From assembly GCF_006345805.1 (NCBI RefSeq), contig NC_043004.1, positions 44,206,001 to 44,270,000 of the forward strand: a stretch of 64,000 nt of DNA, read 5' to 3'. The stretch's first letter is position 1; each line of letters opens with the position of its first letter. The notes under the pieces are model-generated. The model was not told where the DNA came from and made no database searches. It saw nothing but the letters and a program-made list of their open reading frames with translations. The position numbers and the translations under genes were made by a program. The stretch comes from Octopus sinensis. Lineage: Eukaryota. Below, one piece after another: positions 15,970 through 29,837 of this stretch.

Positions 15970-16466
15970 ATATTTTAACGCTGATATAAATTATCAGATA
16001 ATAAAGGGATTTTCTTACAAAATACGGAATATTATAATGGCTTTAGCTTGGCAGGTCATACCGGGAAGTTCACTTTCAATCTTGAAGAAATATTGAGGAA
16101 ATTTCTAAGGATAATGGACAACAATTGCTAGAACATAGATATAAAAATCATTATGGTGATATGAATTATGATGATAGCAAATATCAAAATTAGCTTGCTT
16201 ATAGCATTGATAATAGTGGTACAAAAATTAGGACTCATAACATGTATCAAAAATTATATTCCAGGTAAAACAAAAGCTAAATGCCCAAAGAACTGTATTG
16301 TTTCCTATAAATGCTCCGGTTAGTATCTGGACTATACGCATTTTCACTCAGTATTTCCTAATATTTATGTACACACACACACACACACATACACACACAT
16401 ATATATATATGCACACACACACATACATCCACATATATATATGTATGTATATATATATTATATATA

Positions 16467-16527
<61 letters not shown>

Positions 16528-17003
16528 CATATATATATGTGGATGTATGTGTGTGTGTGCATATATATATATGTGTGTGTATGTGTGTGTGTGTGTGTGT
16601 GTACATAAATATTAGGAAATACTGAGTGAAAATGCGTATAGTCCAGATACTAACCGGAGCATTTATAGGAAACAATACAGTTCTTTGGGCATTTAGCTTT
16701 TGTTTTACCTGGAATATAATTTTTGATACATGTTATGAGTCCTAATTTTTGTACCACTATTATCAATGCTATAAGCAAGCTAATTTTGATATTTGCTATC
16801 ATCATAATTCATATCACCATAATGATTTTTATATCTATGTTCTAGCAATTGTTGTCCATTATCCTTAGAAATTTCCTCAATATTTCTTCAAGATTGAAAG
16901 TGAACTTCCCGGTATGACCTGCCAAGCTAAAGCCATTATAATATTCCGTATTTTGTAAGAAAATCCCTTTATTATCTGATAATTTATATCAGCGTTAAAA
17001 TAT
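15970..17003. repeat. ~1-kb near-perfect inverted repeat centred on a (TA)n array
   Basis: Outer arms pair at a constant coordinate sum of 32973 (15970/17003; ORF starts 16298/16675). About 400 bp of unique sequence per arm appears identical, with a 2-bp slip in the inner (CA)n. Confidence 0.95.
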
Positions 17004-17925
17004 TCCGTATTTTGTAAGACAATCCTTTCATTATCTGATAGTTTATATATTCATAGTGTAATAGTGCTAATTATGGATTCAGTCACAACTTCCTGATGAC
17101 AGAAATTTTATTAAACTTTTCCGTTGTGTTTGTGACACAGATAATAAAATATAGCATCAATATCATAAGGTTAATACCACACAGTTCACTACTTTAGGGA
17201 CCTGCTCTTAAGAGACAGAAAGTTCTAAGATTGTAAATAAAACCATTCTATGATTTTCTCCCTATTTTTCGTTTATAGAAAATTAACAGAGTTAATTCAT
17301 TTTCTCTATGTTCACTGTGCTAGCATATATTTAAATTTATTGACACCTGCGCTTGTCGGAGATGAAGAATGTCTACATCGGGGATGATGAATTAAATCAA
17401 ACATGATAACTTGATATGACAGTTGTCTGTAACATCCATCTACTGAATTATCTCGATGGGGAATACATAAAGTTTATAAATGTAATGTTATGTATCCAAC
17501 CTCCACTGCTGAATACATTTGTTCGAAGCTTTGAATAATTTGGGGTCTTATGAGAATGGTTGAGGGCTAAATTAATTAATTAATTAATTGATTTGTTAAA
17601 TAATTAATTAATTATACATTTTATCTAATGTATAGAAATCAAACAATACCTCTGGCCATTCGAAACCGCCTTAACTTAATAGATTTATGCAACATCTTCA
17701 ATTTATACAGAGTAAGTTCCTCTACTGAGTTCTATCTTCGATGGGTTATGTTCAGCTAAATAATATGGGCTATGCTAATTCATTCGACGCAGTTGCTCTT
17801 TGGTTCTCTTCAACACACTTAACATGCCGTATTACACATTCCTTCGTGCCAAAATTTCATTACCAAAAACTACAAAATGTAATTATATCTCCGTTCTGGC
17901 CTGCTATAAGTACAATCTTCATACA

Positions 17926-17967
<42 letters not shown>

Positions 17968-19154
17968 ACACAAGGTTATTGATAAGGGATTAGTAGTCTA
18001 GATAAAAATAGTTCTTAATTACTCTCTGCTGATAGAAATAGACCACGTTAACAAAGGTGTTTAGTGATTGGAGTCCAGGTAAGTTGAAGGCCAAATCTGC
18101 AACCAACATCCGTTAGGAGCCGACACTGTAAATCCATAGTCGTATTACAGAAAAGCATAAATAATGGGTTTTATACATTTATCTGTTCCTTAATGACTTA
18201 CAGGTTTTCGATATGCATTTTAGTCCCTCTCGTGCTACACTTTACTCATTCGATCTTTCGACTGAAAATTTCGAGAACACCTTTTCAAATGATATCCTAT
18301 TCGGACTTCAATTCATAAACTACCAAAGTAAATGAAGAGAAGAAGCGAGAAAGGAAGAAAAGAAGAAAGATAAAATGAAAATATAAAAATAAAAATAAAT
18401 TAGAATAAAATAAAACGTATTAAAATAACGTAAAGTAAACCTTTTGAAGGTAAAATGAAAAAAATTCAACACAATCGTTACGTATTAAATTTTGATACCG
18501 GAATCTAATACTGTTCCCTTATGGTAAGGGACAACAATAGCTAAGAGCTGGTGGCTAGTAACAGATTATCTAGTTATATTTAGTTACAACAATGACCGAA
18601 TTCCTTCCTTCACCCTCCTTTTTTTTATCTTTTCTTATTTTTCCTCTTCTCTTTCCTTATTCCGTTTCTCCTCTCTTATCTTCATTTACATTGGTAGATG
18701 ATGTGTTGTACGCCGACGATGATAGCATTTTCAAGGGTGTTTTCTATATCTAAAATTTACCAATAGTTCTATTAAATAATCTGAACAATGAATACACTCA
18801 AAATGTGTATCAGGCACGGCTGTAAGTCTGTTATCAAAAAGTAAATATATAAAGTCAATATTTTAAAGACTTTTCACACATACACACAAACACACACACA
18901 CACACACCACACACACACACACACCACACACACACAACACACACACACACATACAAATATATATATATATATATACGAAGTATAATGATACAAACGTGAT
19001 TGGTGAAAACCTAAAGATGAACATATCAAACAGTATAGTCTAACCACTATAATTTCCTCATACACGTTTGGTATAAACAATAATAATAAGGAAAATAATA
19101 TGCATTTCGAATCTAGGCACAAGGCCAGAAATTTACATTGATTCCACTTCTCAG

Positions 19155-19298
19155 CTGGTACTTATTTTATGGACCCCGAAAGAATGAAAGGCAAAATCGA
19201 ATTCATCGGAATTTGAACTCAGAACGCAAAGACAGACGAAAGGTCGCTTAAGGATTTTGCCCGTAGTACTAATGATTCTGCTCGCTCACCGCCTGCAA
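19155..19298 (-). mobile_element. tRNA-derived SINE, family C (partial)
   Basis: Reverse complement contains GTTCTGAGTTCAAATTCC and TTTGCCTTTCATTCTTTCGGGGTCCATAAAATAAGTACCAG, as in the copies at 24728 and 42845. Confidence 0.75.
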
Positions 19299-19324
19299 TA
19301 ATAATAATAATAATAATAATAATG

Positions 19325-19885
19325 AAACTGCAAAACGTGGGAGCTAGAGAGAGGCAAGACGTAGTATGACCAAAATCCGAAAAGCGTGGCAGAGTCGAAG
19401 ACTAGCAAATTCTCTGGGATTTTCCAATCCAAACTGATCAGATGCTAGAGCATAACAGATCGGACGAAGCGGTGGGGAACAAGGTGAATTACATATGCTA
19501 TGTAGTTGATGTTTCATTCCTTTTTGACCCACGAATATTCAAGAAAGAAGTTGGAAAGAGAAACAGATACAACCATATCAAGCACGGCTATGAAACATGG
19601 AGATGGTGGAGATTGTGCCAATTATTGTTGGTTCCTTGGGAACAGTATCAGAAAGCATCAAGAGGAATGTAAAGGAAATTAAATAGACTGTCCAGTAAAA
19701 ATCTTACAAAAGGTTTTCCTCCTTGGCACGGCCAGAATATTCAGGAAAGCATTAGATATTTGAAAAGAACAAACAGCATTGTATCAAATGCTGCAGGTAT
19801 TAAGCCCACCACGCTTTCAAGACTCCAGGAGTTACAACAAAACCTGTCGTAAAGAGACAATAATGATAATAATTATTGTGGAGAT
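19325..19885 (+). mobile_element. 5'-truncated R4/Dong-like non-LTR retrotransposon (RLE domain and 3' UTR) within (TAA)n
   Basis: Reads YDQNPKSVAE / ILWDFPIQTDQMLEHNRSD / CYVVDVSFLFD.RIFKKE / VEIVPIIVGSLGTV / LQKVFLLGTARIFRKALDI*, a PD-(D/E)xK RLE signature. (TAA)n lies on both sides. Confidence 0.8.
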
Positions 19886-20353
19886 AATGATAATAATAAT
19901 TATAAACTTAAGAGTAAAAATTACGGTAGGAAAATATCCAATATTAATAATGTTAATATCAAGAGAAATATATACATAATTAATAGAAAAATAAATCAAG
20001 AAATATTATTTGTTATAATGCACCCTTCATATATTCAATAGCTACCACTAATCCTCGAAATGTCTTGGCTAAACTTAATATATATCTTCCACCTTCAAGT
20101 AAATATAGGGAATTATTTAATCACCATATTATAAAGTTTTTGTATTGAACGACTACAAATTTTGCAGCTATTATAACATTACACAATAAAAAGAGAATTA
20201 GGGAATATTTAAACTCAAAATCAATGAATAACAATAAATGAATAATACGGGTTGTGAAACTGACTCTAATGATAATTTTCCTGAACGAGATTTCGGTTCT
20301 TTAAGGAATAGTAATTCCGACTCTGATAATGCAGTTAACTTAAAACCTAGTTT

Positions 20354-20354
<1 letters not shown>

Positions 20355-20440
<86 letters not shown>

Positions 20441-20453
20441 TAATAATAATATG

Positions 20454-20484
<31 letters not shown>

Positions 20485-20502
20485 TAATAATAATAATAAT
20501 AA

Positions 20503-20540
<38 letters not shown>

Positions 20541-20735
20541 TATAATAATAATAATAATAAAACCCAAATATATGTCACAGAACTTCCACCCTGTTGTCTC
20601 TTGAGGTCTCTTGGTGAAACTTGGAGCCAACTTGTACAGACATAAAGCAAAAGTCAAACATAGAATAATAATAATAATGATAATAATGATAATAATAATA
20701 ATGATAATAATAGTAATAATAATAATAATAATTTT
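20355..20735. repeat. (ACT)n-(AAT)n array interrupted by a 103-bp non-repetitive insert (20561-20663)
   Basis: Directly visible. The insert runs straight into AATAATAAT. Confidence 0.9.
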
Positions 20736-23700
20736 ACCTACACACATAATTCTGAGAAGAGGATTAGCAGGAATTCTTGTAACCAGTAGTACCAAATGCA
20801 AGTGAATAAATCCTTGTGCAATTGTAAAATAAAAAATGTCTGCCCTTTAGAAAATCATTCTCTAAAGAAAAATATAGTCTAACAGTTTAAGATAATAACA
20901 CGGGATCCGTAAGTATTATTATATAGGTTCATCTGCTACAATTTTGAAATCTAGATTTTATAATTATGCACATTCATTTCATTATAGAAGAAAATGCAAT
21001 TTCTGATACATTAGTTTGGGATTTAAAAGAAGGGACATTATAATTATGCACCATCGTACAATATTAGTAATTTTTTTTTCGTACCTCGAAGAAATTCATT
21101 ATATAATTACTTCTAAATTAATTTATTAAATTTTATTGAGAATTTTACAATGAAATGTTGCCACAAATTTCAGAAGGCATTTAAATATTTCAATTCTTAA
21201 CTATAATTGCTTTTCACATGCTATATAATAAGCATGATTTTTCCAAAACAATTTACTATATTTACTGAATAGATAATTAATTGACGTGACGTAAAATTTA
21301 TGTTTTTAATTGTAGTAACCTAGAATTCTTATTTTTATTTTTATTTTACCGTTAACCACTTATGTCAGTAATAGTTGAATTCAAAAGTAGCTTCCAAGCT
21401 GTACTCTGAAATAGTGTTTCAAGAGACAGATACGATCTCTTCAAATATCACAGCTACAGGAAATTAGATTTGTTCCGAAATTCCACAGAAGATTTGATTC
21501 AGAGAACAATATTCTTAAGAAAGTTATATCAAAAAGGTCTTAGAAAAAGAAGTGAATACACCCCTAAAATGGGAAAAACAAAACCGTTGTTAAATTCTCG
21601 GAGTATATTCTACAATTTCCAATGATATAATTGAAACATGATAAAAAATATCATAACATAACCAGACAACAATGGAACCATTAAACTGATTTATGATTGC
21701 ACAGATATAAAGTTCTGAAAGAAACTGATATCCAAAAAATTCGTTTGTTATGATAGATACACTATGAGGAAAATATATACCACGTTTATATCGAAAATGT
21801 TCAAGCGATAAATAAGTATATTATCTTACGAATGTTAATTGCAAAATGAGTAATTCCAAAGGGTCTTCAAAAGTATATGGCAATAAATTAATCAATGAGG
21901 CTTGGAAAATTAAAGTAGTTAATGTGTGTACAGATACATGATATTAGTTCTGACTTGAGATACATTTTAAGTATCTATCTAGACAAATTGCTGATAGCTT
22001 TCCTAAGACGAATTCACAGCTCTGTGGGCGATTAATGTCATGCGCAACTCTCGCTCAACAAAAATAACTATATTTATTTGTATGATAACGTGCCTCGGAA
22101 ATGAGCCACAATTTATAAATAAATGTGGGCCAAAATGGAATGCATTATGTTTGGATTTGATGCAACCTTTCTCGTAATAATGTTATACATAATATCAACG
22201 CTAACATGGTATTTTGAAGATTTTCATAGAGTCAAAACTGTGGGGGAAAGAAAGGTATTAATTTTGTCTTACTGTGAACTTCAAAATCATGTAAACACAT
22301 TTAGATGCGTTTCAAATCTGTATTTTCAATGTATGATATGACATATGTAGATATCTTGAACAGTTTTCATTATATATGTGCGCCCGCATAAAATTGTTAT
22401 ATATGCGTTTTATTTATACCTTAGAATATTTTCTCTACAAAATAAAAGTTTATTTGGACCACATGTTGTGATGGGAATGGACAAATTTATGCTCATGCTG
22501 CAGAGTTGGCACTGCTTATAGAAGCAAATACCATGCAAGGTTCTTTCGACGTTTTCAAGAATTGATTCACTAGGCTTCTGTTCTCCCAATAGTATTACAG
22601 AAGCTTGTTACGTAAGATATCGTGCAACTCGATATCATAAATTTACCAGTCTGACCTCTTCGGTATACAGTCATATTACGCAAAGGAGGCAATATTACAC
22701 AGTTCCCGTCATTGTAGATATTATTGTTTATGGTGCTTAACCTAAAGTAAGCTATGTTCAACTAGACCGGCGACCTTATAATTTCCTGCCAAGAGCCTGA
22801 TTCTTTTTTGTCCTAAATTATGAACTACATTATCCAAAATGCTCTGCATTTTCAACAGACACCACGAGCTATATTTTGAGAGAGATTTTGCTACTATTTC
22901 TTGCAAGTCGATTGACCATGTTGTTACTGTGTATTTAATACGCAATGTGCTCAACACTGCGATGGAAGTCAGTAAAAAGATATGATATTAAGATAGAAGA
23001 CGCATCGAAATCTATTGAGATCGATAGTTTTCAACACATCACTGGAGAATAAATACAATAGCTAGACGTTAGCTCATGAGAACATTACAGAAATCAGAAG
23101 CTTTCAGATGTGAGATTGGGTTTTCTCCAGTTCGATTTAGTTTCTCTTACTTCTGGGAGTTGATACAATAAAATTGGTGCAACTCACTGAGATAATTAGC
23201 TAATTCACTGACAGATATATGGGACATATAGTTACAGCTTTCGCATTTTCATTCAGTCGTTTCATAAAATGGAGGTTACTCCGTATTACTGAAATTTGTC
23301 TGACACTAATTAAGTGTCCGATCAGCAAGACAATAATAAAGAACTATAGAACTGCACCACTGCAATGGAAATATCTTTGAGAAGATCAAGGATACGAACC
23401 GTAAAAGAACGAAACGAAATAAAATACACTTCTTTGGTGAAATGTATCTAATGCCCAGCAATGAAATAAACAAATGTGCGATTCGGTTTCAAGTCTCACA
23501 TGCTGTTGAATATTGTTACTGAAAAATACCGAAACTCCTCTTTAGAATTACGACCGCCATATACAGTATAGCCAGTGAGAAAGACACTGGAAAACTAATT
23601 TGCTTGGATATCGACGTCCACGTGACTACATCAATATCCAACGCGTAGATGCGAAATGCCCAAGTTTCTGATTAATACAGAGGATCTCTTATTTCATTCT

Positions 23701-24070
23701 ATGATTATATGTATTTAAAAATTACCCTTTTCTTATATATTGCCGTCCGAAGGGTAAATCTGAGACTCGGGAAACACCAGAGTTCAATGAGCGTCGGATT
23801 ATATGCTGGAGGTTTCCATAAGAGAATTCAATACCAACTGCATGCACGTTCTAAGACTTGGGTGATGTCTAGAGCACCAACAGACATTGTGAATTTCGCT
23901 GAACGTCTTAAAGCAAATGAAATAAATTAGTAGACCTCGAGACCATGTGACTGGGAAGCAAATTTCTTAAGCACATTTATGAAGGGAGTGAAGAAGACGA
24001 TTTCATCGACGCAAGTGTTCAACTACTATTTATTTGATCCAACTCTGAAAGGGTGAAAAGCAAAGACGAG

Positions 24071-24509
24071 GGATCTTTTAGGTTTGAACGGCAGTTTTTC
24101 TAGCGGTGTCATATGAAATTGTCACCCATAATTATGACCCTAGAATCGATCTATTGCATTTCAATCTCTTTTAGGGTTAGGGTTAGTTAGGGTTAGGGTT
24201 AGGGTTAGGGGTGGGGGAGGGTATCTTTTTTCTTCGCAAATGTAAATAAACCCAATCTGTTTCTTAAACAAGGGACATATTCATACGGCACAGAATGGTT
24301 TTTACCTCAATAGACGTCAGTGATTGGTTGAAATTGCAGAAATTGAAGAAAAAAAGCAACAAATATATCTTACAAACTATAGAATATTCTCAATAAAGTC
24401 AAGAAAAAAAGATGTTTTATAAAAACATTCTACCAGTATACGAAGTTTAACATTTTTTAGTTACCTAGAAATTATGTAAAAAAAACTGCCATTCAAACCG
24501 AAGTGGTCC
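24071..24509. mobile_element. MITE family M copy 1 (GGATC TIR; Merlin-like by inference)
   Basis: TIR GGATCTTTT.GGTTTGAACGGCAGTTTTT; TSD aagacgag/aagacggg (7/8); long TTAGGG tract. Confidence 0.9.
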
Positions 24510-24727
24510 AAGACGGGATCTGCGAAATTTGAACTCGGAACGCAATGACAGAAGAAATGCAGCTTGATGTAATAATAATAATAACAAGCCATTTATTCGA
24601 CAGAAATTCGCAGAACGGGGAGTATTAAACAAATAAGTTAGTAGTTCGCTCGTTGCGGTATTGGTGGTCACTGAGAGCAGAGAGATTCAAATTCACGGAG
24701 AATATCACTCATATTGACAAGTAACAA

Positions 24728-25160
24728 GGCAGCGAGCTGGCAGAAACGTTAACACGCCGGGCGAAATGCGTAGCCGTATTTAGTCTGTTGTTACGTTCTG
24801 AGTTCAAATTCCGCCGAAGTCGACTTTGCTTTTCATCCTTTCGGTTTTGATTAAATACGTACCAGTTACGCACTGAGGTCGATGTAATCGACTTAATCCC
24901 TTTGTCTGTCCTTGTTTGTCCCCTCTATGTTTAGACCCTTGTGGGCAATAAAGAAATAGGGAACATTAGTACCACGGACGAAAATGCTTAACAGTATTTC
25001 CTCTGTCAATGTTCTGAGTTCAAATTCCTCCGATGTCGATTTTGCCTTTCATCCTTTCAGAGCGGGATAAATTAAGTACCAGTTGCGTACTGAGGTCGAT
25101 CTAATCGACTGGCCCACTCCCCCCAAATGTTTGGCCTCGTGCCCAGCGTATAAAAGAATA
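24728..25160 (+). mobile_element. Two adjacent SINE family C copies (24728-24960 and ~24961-25160)
   Basis: Head GGCAGCGAGCTGGCAGAAACGTT...GTTCTGAGTTCAAATTCC and conserved TTTCATCCTTTC...TACCAGTT...GGTCGAT..AATCGACT, occurring twice. Confidence 0.8.
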
Positions 25161-25936
25161 CTGACCAGTAATATAGTTTACAAGGTACCATCTTAAGAAA
25201 TAATGTGGGATACAATTTGAATACTAAAATAATCTTGAATGCATTGTGGAAGATAATAGGATCGGTGTGTCAGGAACAGTTTGATCAAAGGTTTAATAAA
25301 TAAAGTTTTAAATGATACTGAATGACAGACGTTATTCTTAAAAATAAATCAGGATAACAAAATAGAATGTCATTCATACGATTTAATGATTCAACGCCAT
25401 ATATTACTGGATGGTTGAGATTACCTTATTTGTCATTGATACATTTATTCCTACCTGGAATAGACCAAAATAACTGTGGAGCATTGGTAGTCGAAGTGCT
25501 TTAGAAAATTTGGTTATTTCTTTCTGCGTTCTGCGACTGTGTTACATTTACACCAGTGAATTACCTTTCCTATTTCTGTCAAATTTACGAACTATATTAG
25601 TTTATATTTGTTTTACATAAACAAACTTTCTACATGCTTTCGGTGTGAATGCCTTTTTTTTATACGGTGCTGTACTTTACAACCCTGTGAATAATAATGA
25701 TGGTATTTTCATATATGCTTAAAGCGATCACCGTGCAATGACTAAGTAAAATAGTCAAATATAGGGGTATATAAGCCCTTGACAGCAAAAGGAATGTTTT
25801 CCTATCCACATGAGACTCGAACCCACATCCCTTTTTATACGGTGCCGTGTTTCACAATCCTGTAAATAATAATAATTGTTTACAGCGATCACCGTTCAAT
25901 GACTAAGGAAAATAGTCTAATTATGGGGCATATAAG

Positions 25937-26340
25937 GGATCTATTCGGTTTGAACGGCAGTTTTTAACATAATTTCTAGGTAACTAAAAAATTTTAAACT
26001 TCGTATACTGGTAGAATGTGTTTATAAAACATCTTTTTCTCTTGGCTTTATTGAGAAAATTCTATAGTTTGTATGATATCTGTTGTTTTTTTTTTCTTCA
26101 ATTTCTCCAATTTCAACCAATTAATGACGTCCATTGAGGTAAAAAAAAACATTCTGTGCCGTATGAATATGTCCCTCATTTAAGAAACAGATTGGGTTTA
26201 TTTACATTTGTGAAAAAAAATATACCCTTCCCCCCACCCCTAAACCTAAAACAGATTGAAATGCAATAGATCGATACTAGGGTCATAATTATGGGTGACA
26301 ATTTCATATGAAAAAACTGCCGTTCAAACCGAAAAGATCC
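25937..26340. mobile_element. MITE family M copy 2
   Basis: Same TIRs and body, opposite orientation to copy 1. No matching TSD. Confidence 0.9.
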
Positions 26341-27362
26341 AAATATCCTATTTTACGATAATGCAAGTGAACTCTACATCTTAATTCCACTTGAATCAAT
26401 TGCCAGTAACATCTTCATGATTTATAACAATAAATTGAAATGAGTCATTTATGAATGACGATTGTCTACAAACAAAATATAATACTAGAAGTAGATTTGA
26501 ATTCAAATATCCAGTAATTAAAATAATTCCATTTACATCTAAAAAGAAAAAGAAAAGTTACTACCTGACGTGACGTGAACTCGGAATGTAAGGAATTTCC
26601 CCAAGGATACTCGTGTTTATCTGTTAATAACACAGATACCCTTTAGGTTATATCCTACGACATAACAAATGGATAATCAGCAGTGTGCCTATTGGGAAGT
26701 TGGGATGGTCACGGCAGGAATTATTCTGATTATAAATCTGTTTAATAAAGTTTTTACCTTCGGGTAAATACACTTCAAACTAACTTTATTCTATTAAAAT
26801 ATATTCAAACTAAAAAAAAAGGGAATGGCACTTGCTAATGTAGTATTATTCTTATATTTGCACTTAAAGTTCATGCAGAGCTCAGTTAGGTTTTATCAAC
26901 ATTAAAAACTTCCTGAATTTAAACCGGTCCGACATCACAATACCGAAAATAACTAGCGAATACTTATAGATATTTGCAATGTCATTTCTCTCTTAAATAT
27001 ATAATTCAATAATAAAAAAATTACAGGGTCGTGAAAGATCTTCCACCGCATTACTTCATCTTTCTCAACCAATTATACCTCCAACAAAGAACAATGGATT
27101 CCACATCTAAGAATTATATGCTTATTTAAATAACTTAATTGCTTGAAAAGAAGTAGAAAAAATAGCCTTACTTATTAAACATAAATCATGTGGTGATATG
27201 TAAGAATATCTGCTATATATAAATTTCAATTATTTAACAGTTGTACTTTTTTTACACAATTTCTAACATTGTGCTGAGATTGCACGTTTAGTACAATGCA
27301 TTGGATGTCTCTTTTGGTATTTGCATTTGGGTTGTTGAACTTTGCATTTCCCTACTGTCTTT

Positions 27363-27774
27363 GGATCTTTTCGGTTTGAACAACAGTTTTTAACATAATG
27401 TCTAGGTAACTAAAAAATTTTAAACTTCGTGTACTTGTAGAATGTGTTTATAAAACATATTTTTCTCTTGGCTTTATTGAGAATATTCTATAGTTTGTAA
27501 GATATTTGTTGTTTTTTTCTTCAATTTCTGCAATTTCAACCAATCACTGACGTCTATTGAGGTAAAACACATTCTGTGCCGTATGAATATGTCCCTCGTT
27601 TAAGAAACAGATTGGGCTTATTTACATTTGTGCAGAAAAAAGATACCCTTCCCCCGCTAACCCTAACCCTAAAAGAGATTGAAATGCAATAGATCGATAC
27701 TAGGGTCATAATTATGGGTGACAATTTCATATTACACCGCTAGAAAAAAACTGCCGTTCAAACCGAAAAGATCC
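27363..27774. mobile_element. MITE family M copy 3
   Basis: TIRs; TSD ctgtcttt/ctgttttt (7/8). Confidence 0.9.
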
Positions 27775-28174
27775 CTGTTTTTGTGTCGATATTTGTCTAT
27801 CTTTTTAACCTTTCAGTTTGTCTGTATCTATATATCTATGTATGACTATATATTTATCATTCCCTTTTAAATATATAAGTATATATTAGTTAAAATATAT
27901 ATACACCGCTTTTCAAAGTCATTTTATGTCACCATCACGAGAGTGTACAGAATAACATACATGTATTCATTCCCAAATATATATAAACCTTCTTTTTCAT
28001 GGCTGAGTGGGATTCTGTGTATTTAAATGAGTGAGTGTATATACGCGTGTATGTATTTCTCTCCCTCTCTCTATCTCTCTCCCCTCTCTCTCTTTCTATA
28101 TATATTTTCGTTCAGGATTAAATAAAACAAGAAAAGGAAAGTATGACATACCTGTAATATATTAGTACATATAT

Positions 28175-28222
<48 letters not shown>

Positions 28223-29139
28223 ATAAAATAATTCCCAACTAAATGTGGCAGTCCCATAGAGGACGATGCTACTGTTGTTTTTAGCCCCAGGAAGACATCT
28301 CCTCAAGCTGCCTAATGACACACTCGCTCAGAGATTTAATGTTGCCTATGTGTGTGTGTATTTGTGTTTGTGTGTGTGTGTTTGTGTGTACGTATATATA
28401 TATGTACCGGCATTGATACTTATATGTATATGTGTGAGTACGTGTTCCAGTATTTCAATAAGATATGTGTCTATGTACGTGTATAACACATTTCGTTCGG
28501 AGACTATTAAAGCAATAACACGGAAACAAATATTCTAGAGCACTAGAGGACTTCCTTTCCGTTCATTTGTTAATTTATTGAGTTGTGGATTGCATTTTCG
28601 TCTCTTTGCTAACAAAATTAATTATTAGCATGAGGTTAAATTATAGTGTGAACGTCTTTCTTTCACTAACACTTCGGTTTGTTTCCTTTCACATTCATCA
28701 ACTATGATATTATAGTTAGATCCCAGCGGAGAATTGTTGCCAAAAGATAAAAGTGAAATTCTAACATATTATAGAAACTATTATCATTAAAATAATATTT
28801 GTGTTTGTAATTTTATAATCATATTTATCACGATTATTATTGCTGATCTTGTTGCACTCGTTATCTCAATTTTCTTTTATAATATCATTCCAGGAAGACG
28901 ACCTCATTTCCCTTAGTGCTAAATGGTATGGTGGGATTCTAGCGCTGCCCTACTTGGCTTTAATGTACGTGTCAAACTTATTAAAGTTGTACAATCTCTC
29001 TTTTACTCGGTTTCATTGAACAAGTTTTGTTTTCTTTATTTCCGTTATCGCTTAACTAATGTTTTTACTTCCCATCTGATTAATACTCCCCATTCCACGC
29101 ATTTCTGTTAAATAAGTGGGTTCTGATTATCATTATTGC

Positions 29140-29690
29140 AGCGAGCTGGGAAAAACAGTAGGACACTGAACAAAATGTTTTGCTACATTTCTTTTGATTT
29201 ACGTTCTGAGTTCGAGTTCCGCCGAGGTCGTCTTTGCTTTAATCCCTTTCAGAATCGTATGAAATAAGTAATAGTTAAACACTGGGTCGATGAAATCATC
29301 TGCTCCTCTCTCTTCAAAATTGTTCCTTATACATTTGCTTCACAACCACATGGTTCCAGGTTCAGTCCCACTGAATGACATCATGCAAATATCTTCTAGT
29401 ACAATCTCAGGCGGAACAAAGGCTTGCGAGTGGTTTTGGTAGATGGAAACTGAAAGAAGCCCCTCGTATATGTGTGTGTGACTTTGTGTCTATGTTTGTC
29501 CACCACCACCGCCTCATAGCTGGTATTGGTGTGTTTATGTCCTTGTAAACAATCAGTTTGACAAAAGATATTGATAGAATAATTATCAATTTTAAAGAAA
29601 ATTCTAGGGTCGATCCAATCGATTAAACTTTCTTGAAAGTGGTGCCCCATTATAGCTGCAGTCTACTGAGTGAAACAAGTAAAAGATAGC
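29140..29690 (+). mobile_element. Diverged SINE family C (29140-29330) followed by diverged SINE family A (29340-29690)
   Basis: GTTCTGAGTTCGAGTTCCGCCGAGGTCG, then CATGGTTCCAGGTTCAGTCCCACTG...GAAACAAGTAAAAGATA. Confidence 0.7.
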
Positions 29691-29837
29691 AGAAGGGATT
29701 ATTATTATATTATTATTATTATTATTATTACTATTATTATTATTATTATATTATTATTATTATTTTATTATTATTATTATTATTAATATTATTATTATTA
29801 TTATTATTGTTACTATTATTGCTATTATTATTATTTC

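Noticed and set aside
23260-23700. Faint RTE-type endonuclease similarity (also around 1080-1900)
   Set aside because: Only scattered 2-3 residue matches by eye. It needs a profile search.
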